A stretch of DNA of 64,000 nt from a virus. Made by a program: the position numbers and the translations under genes. The notes under the pieces were generated by a model that was given only the letters and a program-made list of their open reading frames with translations, did not search any database and had not been told where the DNA came from. Shown piece after piece: positions 33,949 to 41,337 of this stretch (its first letter is position 1; every line of letters begins with the position of its first letter). The DNA is taken from the IMG/VR virus record IMGVR_UViG_3300002307_000046. The stretch is one strand, 5' to 3'.

Positions 33949-34624
33949 TTGCGTATTCCTTCATGGCTTCAATTACAGTTTTGAGGTCATTATCAATAAA
34001 TAATTCATCAAACATTCCTAGTGGACTTTTAGCAATACATTGCCCATTATATTGTGTTAAAAATTTGAACTCACCTTCTTGAACCAGACTATGCAAAATA
34101 CATGTAAACATGCCTTCAAGAGTTACTTTGTCTTCAAGCATTCTTCCTATTGTTTTAAACTTCATAACACCATTTTGGTCAGCGTCGCTATGAGTCAAAA
34201 CAAAACAAAATAAATCATCTCTAGTTAATGTTAATGATGTAATAACGGACCAAGCGTGTAGGGCTAGATCATTAAATTTTTCAAAGCCTTTTTCTCCTAC
34301 ACGTCGCATAAATTCATTACACATTAAATACTGAAAATCATCTAATACTAAAATTTTAATTTCAGGCCTATAAAGATTAATATGTTTAATAACATTTAAA
34401 ATCTTCGCATAATCGTCAGTAGCATAGTAATTTCCGCCGTTATCTGCGTTAGCGTCATCATCATTGGGGGTCAATTTAATCAGTTTATAATTGGCTTTAT
34501 AGCCTTTAAAAGGCAATGGTTTGTTTAGCACATTAATTATAAATGTTTCTTCTGAGTTTAAATTTCGCAAAGAGGTAGATTTACCACTTCCTGACAATCC
34601 TAATACAAGAGTAGTGTTTGACAT
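33941..34624 (-). CDS. Sak4-like AAA ATPase / ssDNA annealing recombinase
   Basis: GLSGSGKST Walker A, LVLDDFQY Walker B, AKSPLGMF. Confidence 0.85.
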   Translation of the reverse strand: MSNTTLVLGLSGSGKSTSLRNLNSEETFIINVLNKPLPFKGYKANYKLIKLTPNDDDANADNGGNYYATDDYAKILNVIKHINLYRPEIKILVLDDFQYLMCNEFMRRVGEKGFEKFNDLALHAWSVITSLTLTRDDLFCFVLTHSDADQNGVMKFKTIGRMLEDKVTLEGMFTCILHSLVQEGEFKFLTQYNGQCIAKSPLGMFDELFIDNDLKTVIEAMKEYANE

Positions 34625-35064
34625 TTATTACCTCCATTAATGGCGGGAAGCAATTCAATTTTACTGGGGTTTTGCTTCTCTTGGATAATTTCCCGCATTA
34701 TTTTTTGGTCCATTGAACTACCATATTTCTCACACTCCTTAATAATTTTGCTACTAATGTGAAAAGTTTCAGCTATCTTAACTGTCACTGGGTTAAATAT
34801 CCATTCTTGTAATCGATTAAACTCTTCAAACTTATCTAGTATTAATTTATTTGTAACTGTGGTTGTAATTTTAATGTTTGTCATACCAACATGATATGTT
34901 TTTTGACCAACGTATTTATGATTAAGTAATCTGATAATCTTATTTTCAAGGTCTTTTTTATCGGCAATAAGTTTACTAATGCTATCGTTTACAATTTTTA
35001 ATGTATTAACTGTATCTTTTATTTCATATTCTGTGATATCTATTTCTGGAAATTCGTTGCTCAT
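34600..35064 (-). CDS. Hypothetical protein, first gene of the leftward operon
   Basis: SD AAGGGGG. Confidence 0.7.
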   Translation of the reverse strand: MSNEFPEIDITEYEIKDTVNTLKIVNDSISKLIADKKDLENKIIRLLNHKYVGQKTYHVGMTNIKITTTVTNKLILDKFEEFNRLQEWIFNPVTVKIAETFHISSKIIKECEKYGSSMDQKIMREIIQEKQNPSKIELLPAINGGNKCQTLLLY

Positions 35065-35112
35065 ATTCATCCCCCTTAACTTTAATGCACGTTACTATTA
35101 ACAACAATGAAC

Positions 35113-35158
35113 ATTTTACGGCTAACCACTTGGCATGTCAACAAGAATAATATACAAT
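35113..35158. promoter_or_regulatory. Back-to-back divergent sigma70 promoters
   Basis: Left TTGACA-N17-TAAAAT (35141 to 35113); right TTGGCA-N17-TACAAT (35130-35158). Confidence 0.8.
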
Positions 35159-35175
35159 AATTGTGAGGTGAAAAT

Positions 35176-35364
35176 ATGACGTTAGATGAAGTAATAAAAT
35201 ACTATGGTTCTGGTTATAACATGCAAAAAATACACGGTTTATCGCATACTAGTTTGTCAAATTGGAAAAAATATGGATACATTCCAATTCTTATGCAGAT
35301 TAAAATTGAAAGGCTTACAAAAGGAAAATTAAAAGCTTCATTAAATCATTGTCCTAAGGAGTGA
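35176..35364 (+). CDS. cro: Cro-like HTH regulator
   Basis: VIKYYGS...GLSHTSLSNWKKYGYIP..QIKIERLTKGKLKA; first rightward gene. Confidence 0.8.
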   Translation: MTLDEVIKYYGSGYNMQKIHGLSHTSLSNWKKYGYIPILMQIKIERLTKGKLKASLNHCPKE

Positions 35365-35365
35365 T

Positions 35366-35608
35366 ATGTCTGAGCAAGAATTGCTTAAGCTAAGGATAGA
35401 GCTTGAGGAGTTAAGGGCTTTTAAAAGGACTTATGAAGCGAGTTCAATGAATAGGGCGTTTATACGTTTAGAGCAAGTATTGGATGCGCCCTATAAATTA
35501 AAAGCTGATACGGTAATGTCAATTACTGCGTTTAGAATATTGGCGGAATGTGTTTTAGAGTTAAAGAGAGCAGTGATTGATGGACAAGAAATTGAGGAAA
35601 GAAATTAA
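35366..35608 (+). CDS. Hypothetical protein
   Basis: SD AAGGAG. Confidence 0.7.
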   Translation: MSEQELLKLRIELEELRAFKRTYEASSMNRAFIRLEQVLDAPYKLKADTVMSITAFRILAECVLELKRAVIDGQEIEERN

Positions 35609-35780
35609 TAAATTGATAAAAGGTCTTACATGGCGAATTAGGTTTATTAAATTAAAAGCAAAAGTTGGTGCTATTAGAACCATGTTCCTGGGTATTCTAT
35701 TGATGCTTTATGCAGTAATTCCATTTTTTTTGTGGTTACTATTTGCATGGTTAGTTGTACATTTTGGAAACTGGTGGTGA
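35577..35780 (+). CDS. Basic N-terminus plus transmembrane C-terminus protein
   Basis: MFLGILLMLYAVIPFFLWLLFAWLVV. Confidence 0.65.
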   Translation: MMDKKLRKEINKLIKGLTWRIRFIKLKAKVGAIRTMFLGILLMLYAVIPFFLWLLFAWLVVHFGNWW

Positions 35781-35782
35781 TT

Positions 35783-35899
35783 ATGTGGGCTTTAATAGGA
35801 TTGTGTTGCTGTATATGTTGTGGTTGTGCAGGTGACAGAGAGATTCAAAATGAGTCTGACTGTCCTGGTTATACTTGTGTTGCAATATGGGGTGTTTAA
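35783..35899 (+). CDS. Cys-rich 38-aa peptide
   Basis: MWALIGLCCCICCGCAGDREIQNESDCPGYTCVAIWGV; 2-nt gap upstream, TAATG coupling downstream. Confidence 0.55.
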   Translation: MWALIGLCCCICCGCAGDREIQNESDCPGYTCVAIWGV

Positions 35900-36090
35900 T
35901 GGAGAGATGGTGGTTTCATATAAAAGATTTAACTGGAATGGAAGAATGGGTGCCTATACACGAATTATGTTTAAGTAAATTTTGCGTTGGTGAAACGTTA
36001 ATGAAGCATGATTTTAAATCAAGACGAGAAGCTTTAGAGGCTATGTCTAAACGTTTGAAAGAGTTATTGGATGAGGAAAAGAATGACTGA
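35899..36090 (+). CDS. Hypothetical protein (MERWWFHIKD...)
   Basis: TAATG coupling. Confidence 0.65.
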   Translation: MERWWFHIKDLTGMEEWVPIHELCLSKFCVGETLMKHDFKSRREALEAMSKRLKELLDEEKND

Positions 36091-36319
36091 TTATGAATTA
36101 GAAACATTATTATTTTATTCTTTTAGATACGCTATTGGGCGTATGACATATGTTGTAGGAGATATTTGTGATTTGTTAATTAAGCATAAAGATAAACTTT
36201 CTAAAATGACAAAAGAATTGATTATAAAAGACATTTTAACAGCATTACATCGAGACATGGCGGGAATGGAGTGGGATAGGGAGCAATGGGAGATTCTTGT
36301 GTATAAGTTACAGCAATAA
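36083..36319 (+). CDS. Hypothetical phage protein (paralog of 2807-3052)
   Basis: FRYAIGRMTYVVGDICDLL. Confidence 0.75.
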   Translation: MTDYELETLLFYSFRYAIGRMTYVVGDICDLLIKHKDKLSKMTKELIIKDILTALHRDMAGMEWDREQWEILVYKLQQ

Positions 36320-36329
36320 GGAGATGAAT

Positions 36330-36500
36330 ATGCAGAGGGATTTTGTGCGTTTAAATAAAATCAAAGAATGGCGTGATTTTATGATAGAGAATCAACAACA
36401 ATTAAAAATCGAAAATGAATCTTATTGGCCGGAATGGAATGCTGGTTATTTAGAGTGTTTAGAAGATTTAAAAGCTATTATGGAATCTAAAATAAATTGA
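36330..36500 (+). CDS. Hypothetical protein
   Basis: SD AAGGAG. Confidence 0.65.
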   Translation: MQRDFVRLNKIKEWRDFMIENQQQLKIENESYWPEWNAGYLECLEDLKAIMESKIN

Positions 36501-36705
36501 TTATTGTTTGATCTAATTCAAGAGATCGGGCAAGATACGACAAGGCCAGTTTAACGGACTGACCTGTCGTTGCGCGTAGCGCTTTGATAATTTCAACCAG
36601 AGTGAATGGTCAAAATATGCTTATATATTACCCATACAAAACTAAAAAGCAAGCATCTTTACACTTTATTTTAAGGTGGGATTTTTTGCGTCTGGAGGAA
36701 AGTTA

Positions 36706-36867
36706 ATGATTTGTAGAGATGAAGAAAATGTACATTTTGAAACTAAAGAAGATTTTGATGAAATATCAGAAAAACAAAAAGAATTCAAAAAAGAAGCTAA
36801 AGGAAATAAACAGAAGTATAGTGAATTATTTATGGGCTGGATACTTTCATTGCCTATAAAGCAATAA
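36706..36867 (+). CDS. Hypothetical protein
   Basis: SD GGAGG. Confidence 0.55.
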   Translation: MICRDEENVHFETKEDFDEISEKQKEFKKEAKGNKQKYSELFMGWILSLPIKQ

Positions 36868-36942
36868 AATTAGGGGCATCCCGCCCCGCCCTGCGTGTAC
36901 CACCACGCAGTACAACTATCAAATGCAAGGACAGTTTATCAA

Positions 36943-37740
36943 ATGGACACAAAACAAGCAACACATATTTACGAAGACACATTCTTTATTATCCCCCGTT
37001 ATATTCGAAAACTCCCTGGTCTTACTCTCGCCTATTTAGATGTTTATGAAACTATCTTTCAATTTTGGAATAAAAATAAAGACTGCTTTCTCGGTGAAAA
37101 TGCATTATGTGAACGAACTGGCTACAAAAGAGCGATTATTTATCGCGCTTTGAGATTCTTTGAGCAACACAATGAGCTGAAAAGAATAAATATAAAGGGG
37201 CAACGATATCTAGTAAAACCAGAAAAATCGATAGAAACTGACTGCACAGAAGATGTTCAGTCGTCTACAACCGTAGACTCGGATGTCTACAATCGTAGAC
37301 TTTTAACGTCTACAACCGTAGACCATAATATAAAGAAAGGAAATAAAGAAAATAATTTAAAAGATTTAGTATCTTCTCCTCCTTCGTCGTCAAAAAACTT
37401 CGAATATCCTGATACTCTTTATCCAATCCCAAAACCGGAGCGACCTGAGAATTCCGATAAAACGATATCACTAGAAAAAATCCAGTACGACAACCCACAC
37501 TCAATACCACCCGATTTAATTCAGGAATGGCAGCAAATCCGAAAAGCTAAGCGTGCCCCTATAACATTGACTGCATGGAACAGACTAAATAAGGAGCTTG
37601 CAAAATTCTCAGGTAATAAAATTGAAGCTTTTGAAGAGATGGTTAGTCGCGGATGGTCAACTTTCAAATGTGATTGGATGATTTCTGCAGTGAAGAAGCC
37701 AAATTCACGTCAAATCAACTACAATGCCACAAACTGGTGA
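36943..37740 (+). CDS. Replication initiator (lambda O-like, N-terminal HTH)
   Basis: HTH region FLGENALCERTGYKRAIIYRALRFFE; internal iterons; C-terminal EWQQIRKAKRAPIT...MVSRGWSTFK. Confidence 0.85.
   Translation: MDTKQATHIYEDTFFIIPRYIRKLPGLTLAYLDVYETIFQFWNKNKDCFLGENALCERTGYKRAIIYRALRFFEQHNELKRINIKGQRYLVKPEKSIETDCTEDVQSSTTVDSDVYNRRLLTSTTVDHNIKKGNKENNLKDLVSSPPSSSKNFEYPDTLYPIPKPERPENSDKTISLEKIQYDNPHSIPPDLIQEWQQIRKAKRAPITLTAWNRLNKELAKFSGNKIEAFEEMVSRGWSTFKCDWMISAVKKPNSRQINYNATNW
37263..37323 (+). repeat. Origin iterons: 3 x GTCTACAA(C/T)CGTAGAC
   Basis: At 37263, 37285 and 37308 (22/23-bp period), each palindromic, followed by an A/T-rich tract. Confidence 0.9.
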
Positions 37741-37752
37741 TAAGGAAATCAA

Positions 37753-38412
37753 ATGGACGAGCCTCGACATATCTCTGAAATGAACTTCAATGTAGGTAAT
37801 GAATCATTAACAGAATTTAAAGAACCTGAAATCGATATTGAAACAAAAAAAGTCGTCAATGTTATATTTATGCGACTAAAGGGCATTATTCCTGCATTTA
37901 ATGTGACAGCTGCTAACGATGAAGAGCTTGGCATTATTAAACGTGAATGGGCATTAGGATTCATTCAAGCACGATTAAAAGACTTAGGAGCTATCGAGCA
38001 TGGTCTTAACAAACTAAGGTTACAAGAGAATCAATTCATGATTTCGGTAGGGCAATTTATCAAGCTTTGTCAGAAATCGCCTATAGACTTTGGCATTCCA
38101 TGCTTGGAAAAGGCATACATGGAGGCATGTGAGAAGTGTCATTCATGGGATGAAAAGATATTCAGTCACCCAGTCGTTGAACATGCGTATATGGAAACAG
38201 GATCATACAATCTTGCAAATACGCCAAAGACTACGAGTTTCCCGATATTTGAACGAAACTATGAAATATCGACACGAATGTTTATGAATGGCGAGAAGTT
38301 AAGGGCAATTCCCAAAGCAATTGAAGACTTAAAAGATAAAACAATTACCAAAGAAATCGGTACAAATGCAATTCATGATTTAAGAGCATTTTTATCTTGC
38401 AAAGCAATTTAA
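37753..38412 (+). CDS. Replication protein P-like helicase loader
   Basis: VNVIFMRL...KREWALGF...GLNKLR...SVGQFIKLC pattern; follows O. Confidence 0.8.
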   Translation: MDEPRHISEMNFNVGNESLTEFKEPEIDIETKKVVNVIFMRLKGIIPAFNVTAANDEELGIIKREWALGFIQARLKDLGAIEHGLNKLRLQENQFMISVGQFIKLCQKSPIDFGIPCLEKAYMEACEKCHSWDEKIFSHPVVEHAYMETGSYNLANTPKTTSFPIFERNYEISTRMFMNGEKLRAIPKAIEDLKDKTITKEIGTNAIHDLRAFLSCKAI

Positions 38413-38678
38413 TGAGAACCACATCGAAGACTGGAATCAAATCTCTGGCACGAGTGAGAGAAGGGCTTCTTACCGGTAACTGGGGTTCGGGGTTTATAGA
38501 TGTTGACGACTGGCTTATCCGAGCGTGCTGGGGAACTAAGGCAATTCCCGCCGAGGTTTTAGAAAAACTTATGGCGCCGGAAGATATTGAAGACTTGCGC
38601 AATGGTGACTTACCGTATGAAAGCTTAAAGTGTTTTATACGTGTTTGGTGTGATATGGGAAAACCCAAACAAAATTGA
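38412..38678 (+). CDS. Hypothetical protein
   Basis: TAATG coupling. Confidence 0.6.
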   Translation: MRTTSKTGIKSLARVREGLLTGNWGSGFIDVDDWLIRACWGTKAIPAEVLEKLMAPEDIEDLRNGDLPYESLKCFIRVWCDMGKPKQN

Positions 38679-38721
38679 TATACTGAATTTGTATGTTGTA
38701 CCCCTAAACAAGGAGGTTACC

Positions 38722-39075
38722 ATGCAAGACGATAAAACTTCATCAGACTTTCACCGAGAAATTCAAAGAGCCAATGGATACGCTGAAGTTGCTGGAATAG
38801 TTTTGCCAGGCTCAGACATTCCTGTTCGCGTTGCACAAACCATTACATCGACTGTTGCATTCTTCAAACCAAACGTTAAAAAACATGAAAAGGTCATAAA
38901 CGCTCTACAAGCGATTTTATCGGTAGTAGGTATAGTCTTGCAGGTGGCAATCCTTTTCAGTGGCTCAAACGTGCTAGGATTGGCTTTAAAGGCACTTGAT
39001 TTGATATACCAAGGGACATTGCTTGGAGTTTGGGGGCAAAGTGAGGTAATGAGAGGAGAATCGCCCCCTAAATAA
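38722..39075 (+). CDS. Moron-like membrane-associated protein, 117 aa
   Basis: Extended -10 TGaTATACT (38676-38684); SD AAGGAGG; hydrophobic segments. Confidence 0.75.
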   Translation: MQDDKTSSDFHREIQRANGYAEVAGIVLPGSDIPVRVAQTITSTVAFFKPNVKKHEKVINALQAILSVVGIVLQVAILFSGSNVLGLALKALDLIYQGTLLGVWGQSEVMRGESPPK

Positions 39076-39098
39076 CTTGTTTTAAGGTTGGTTAGCTG

Positions 39099-39107
39099 TG
39101 TTATAAT
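39099..39107 (+). promoter_or_regulatory. Extended -10 promoter for the cold-shock gene
   Basis: TGtTATAAT, implying a TSS near 39113-39114 and a ~160-nt leader. Confidence 0.65.
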
Positions 39108-39272
39108 AAGCGGAGGGTGGTTTTTTTAGTGTCCTTACCATCCGTGCCCACGGATTTGATGAATAAGACCATGGTTCCGTGGGCGAAATTTAGAATTAAC
39201 AAATAAAGCCGCAAGCCTCTCTTTCCTCCTTAGAAGATGCTCAAATCGCGGCTTTTCTACATGAGATTTATA

Positions 39273-39473
39273 ATGGCATTAGGCACAGTTAAATGGTTTA
39301 ATAACGCAAAAGGTTTTGGATTTATACAGGCTGGTGGCAAAGATTACTTTGTGCATTTTTCTGAAATACAAGCTGATGGTTTTAAAGAATTGGCTGAAGG
39401 GCAGAAAGTTGAGTTTACGGCCGGAGTTGGAAAAAATGGTCCGGCCGCTGAAAAGGTTAAAGTTGTTTTATAG
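39273..39473 (+). CDS. csp: Cold-shock domain RNA chaperone (CspA family), 66 aa
   Basis: [15 protein letters not shown] (RNP1) and YFVHFSEI (RNP2). Confidence 0.96.
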   Translation: MALGTVKWFNNAKGFGFIQAGGKDYFVHFSEIQADGFKELAEGQKVEFTAGVGKNGPAAEKVKVVL

Positions 39474-39642
39474 ATTCTTTTTCGGTTTGTATTCTTATAT
39501 AAATTTCTTCCCGGTGAACTGAGACATTATTTGGCGCTTGGATACCAATTCTTACTTGATTGCCTTTTATTCCTAGCACTGTAATTTTTATATCATCTTT
39601 AAGTATGATGGATTCATTTGGTTTTCTACTCAAAATTAACAT
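39457..39642 (-). CDS. csrA: CsrA, copy 2
   Basis: Identical to 106-291. Confidence 0.97.
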   Translation of the reverse strand: MLILSRKPNESIILKDDIKITVLGIKGNQVRIGIQAPNNVSVHREEIYIRIQTEKESIKQL

Positions 39643-39878
39643 GATTGTTCTTCCTGTTGTTGTGCGTACTCCCAAGCTAAAAGATATCCACGACAGAATG
39701 TAGCCAAATTTTCTGCGTGTTTTTCATCTAACACCTGAAGTGGTGCTTCTAAGTCTGCATCTTCAAGAGATAATATGTAATATTCACTTTTTCCTGCTTT
39801 TTTTATATGGCTTGACCAATTATTATTTTTCAAATCATGCATTGTGATACGATCACTAAGTTCATTTTCGTATTTCAT
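39636..39878 (-). CDS. Hypothetical protein, copy 2
   Basis: Identical to 285-527. Confidence 0.75.
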   Translation of the reverse strand: MKYENELSDRITMHDLKNNNWSSHIKKAGKSEYYILSLEDADLEAPLQVLDEKHAENLATFCRGYLLAWEYAQQQEEQSC

Positions 39879-39989
39879 TTATTCTTCCTCTGATGATTGT
39901 TCTTCTTGTATTCTTTTGTTGTCGCGATATTCTTTTTCAATTTCATCTTCGTCGCCATAAAGATGATCAAATCTACCTGGTCCAAACAT
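39879..39989 (-). CDS. Acidic 36-aa protein, copy 2
   Basis: Identical to 528-638. Confidence 0.75.
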   Translation of the reverse strand: MFGPGRFDHLYGDEDEIEKEYRDNKRIQEEQSSEEE

Positions 39990-40118
39990 GTTATTCTCCT
40001 TAGTTGTTATAAAACATTTATTATGCCAAGGGATTGGCCGCTAGTCAAGTGTATCAAACTAAATGGTAAAAAAATGTCGTTTGCGTTAAGTTGACGGTTT
40101 TAAAGTAAAATGTTATCT

Positions 40119-40153
40119 TTATACACATTGTTATCCACAGAATTTGTGAATAA
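40119..40153. promoter_or_regulatory. Three DnaA boxes, copy 2
   Basis: Identical to 768-802. Confidence 0.8.
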
Positions 40154-40155
40154 AT

Positions 40156-40371
40156 ATGATTTGTAGTAGTTGTTTAGGACGTCAAAAGGTTTTGGGATTA
40201 GGTAATATGATTAAAAATTGCTTAAAATGTGGAGGAACTGGTGTGATCGATGATATCGAAACAGGTGGTTCTCAGGCACCAAGACTTGAGTACACTAAGC
40301 GAAAGAGACGAAGCCCTGCTGAGATGGCGGCTTTTCGTAATTCATCCATTGATGATAACGTCTCTGACTGA
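40156..40371 (+). CDS. Zn-ribbon protein, copy 2
   Basis: Identical to 805-1020. Confidence 0.75.
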   Translation: MICSSCLGRQKVLGLGNMIKNCLKCGGTGVIDDIETGGSQAPRLEYTKRKRRSPAEMAAFRNSSIDDNVSD

Positions 40372-40378
40372 GGTTATT

Positions 40379-40933
40379 ATGTCAGAAAAAGAAATTAAAT
40401 TAAATAGCGAAGAGTATCGAGCTTTCTTAAAAGTTCAAGAATTAGAGCATCAAAAGCTGCTTGAACGAGAGAATGAAGAGGCAGTTCGTCTTGGAAAAAT
40501 TAATATAAAACCTTCTACATACACTACAGAAAGAGCCAACGAACTCTGTATGGCTGTTGCTACAACGCCTCGTCCGGTTAAAGAAATTTGCGCGGAAAAT
40601 CCTAATCTTCCATCAATAAAGACAATTGCGGCATGGCGAGTACACCATAAGGAGTTTCGAGATCAATATTACGATGCTAAGCGACATCAGGCTGAGTTGT
40701 TGGTCGACGAGATAATACAGATTTGTGACGATCCCGCCAATTGTGAACCAGAGATATTAAATTATTCAAAACTTAAAATACAAACCAGGCAATGGTTGGC
40801 GCAGAAACTTTTATATAAGATTTACGGTGTGCAAAAAGACCCAGATGAAGACAAATCTACAATAGGTGAAACATTATCTAAAATACAGTCTATGGTGAAT
40901 GAGTTTAATAAGACCAATGAGAGTGATATTTAG
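40379..40933 (+). CDS. terS: Terminase small subunit, copy 2
   Basis: Identical to 1028-1582. Confidence 0.88.
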   Translation: MSEKEIKLNSEEYRAFLKVQELEHQKLLERENEEAVRLGKINIKPSTYTTERANELCMAVATTPRPVKEICAENPNLPSIKTIAAWRVHHKEFRDQYYDAKRHQAELLVDEIIQICDDPANCEPEILNYSKLKIQTRQWLAQKLLYKIYGVQKDPDEDKSTIGETLSKIQSMVNEFNKTNESDI

Positions 40934-41137
40934 TGGATGATTTGTTGGAATATTACGAAGATCAGATAAGTGAATTGCAAGAAAAAGTTAATGAGCTTGA
41001 ATACGAAGTAAGCCGTCTTGATACACTAACTCAGTTATTGTCGAAAGCGTATTTAAAAGATGATTGGAGCGTAAAGCTGCCACAATAAAGACTCGATGTT
41101 AACGAGCGTAACGTTCATCCACGTGACGGATGGGACT

Positions 41138-41160
41138 AGCCCCGATTATGGGGCTTTTTT
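41138..41160 (+). terminator. Rho-independent terminator, copy 2
   Basis: Identical to 1787-1809. Confidence 0.85.
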
Positions 41161-41202
41161 GTGCCTATTGACTAAGCACAGTGATTAGTGGTAATATTTG
41201 CG

Positions 41203-41337
41203 ATGTGGAAATCGCCGTGCTGACATCACGCACCTTGGACGCAAGAGATAAGATAACTGGTGTATATGGTCAGCGTAAGATGGGTTCGATTCCCTACTGT
41301 TTTATCTTCTCGGTGGAACTCCGGGAGATTTCCACAT
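41203..41337 (+). ncRNA. 135-nt structured RNA, copy 2
   Basis: Identical to 1852-1986. Confidence 0.65.

Noticed and set aside
39061-39232. Minus-strand ORF behind TAAGGAGG in the csp leader
   Set aside because: Only a TTG start at long spacing and no promoter or recognisable product; treated as RNA structure instead
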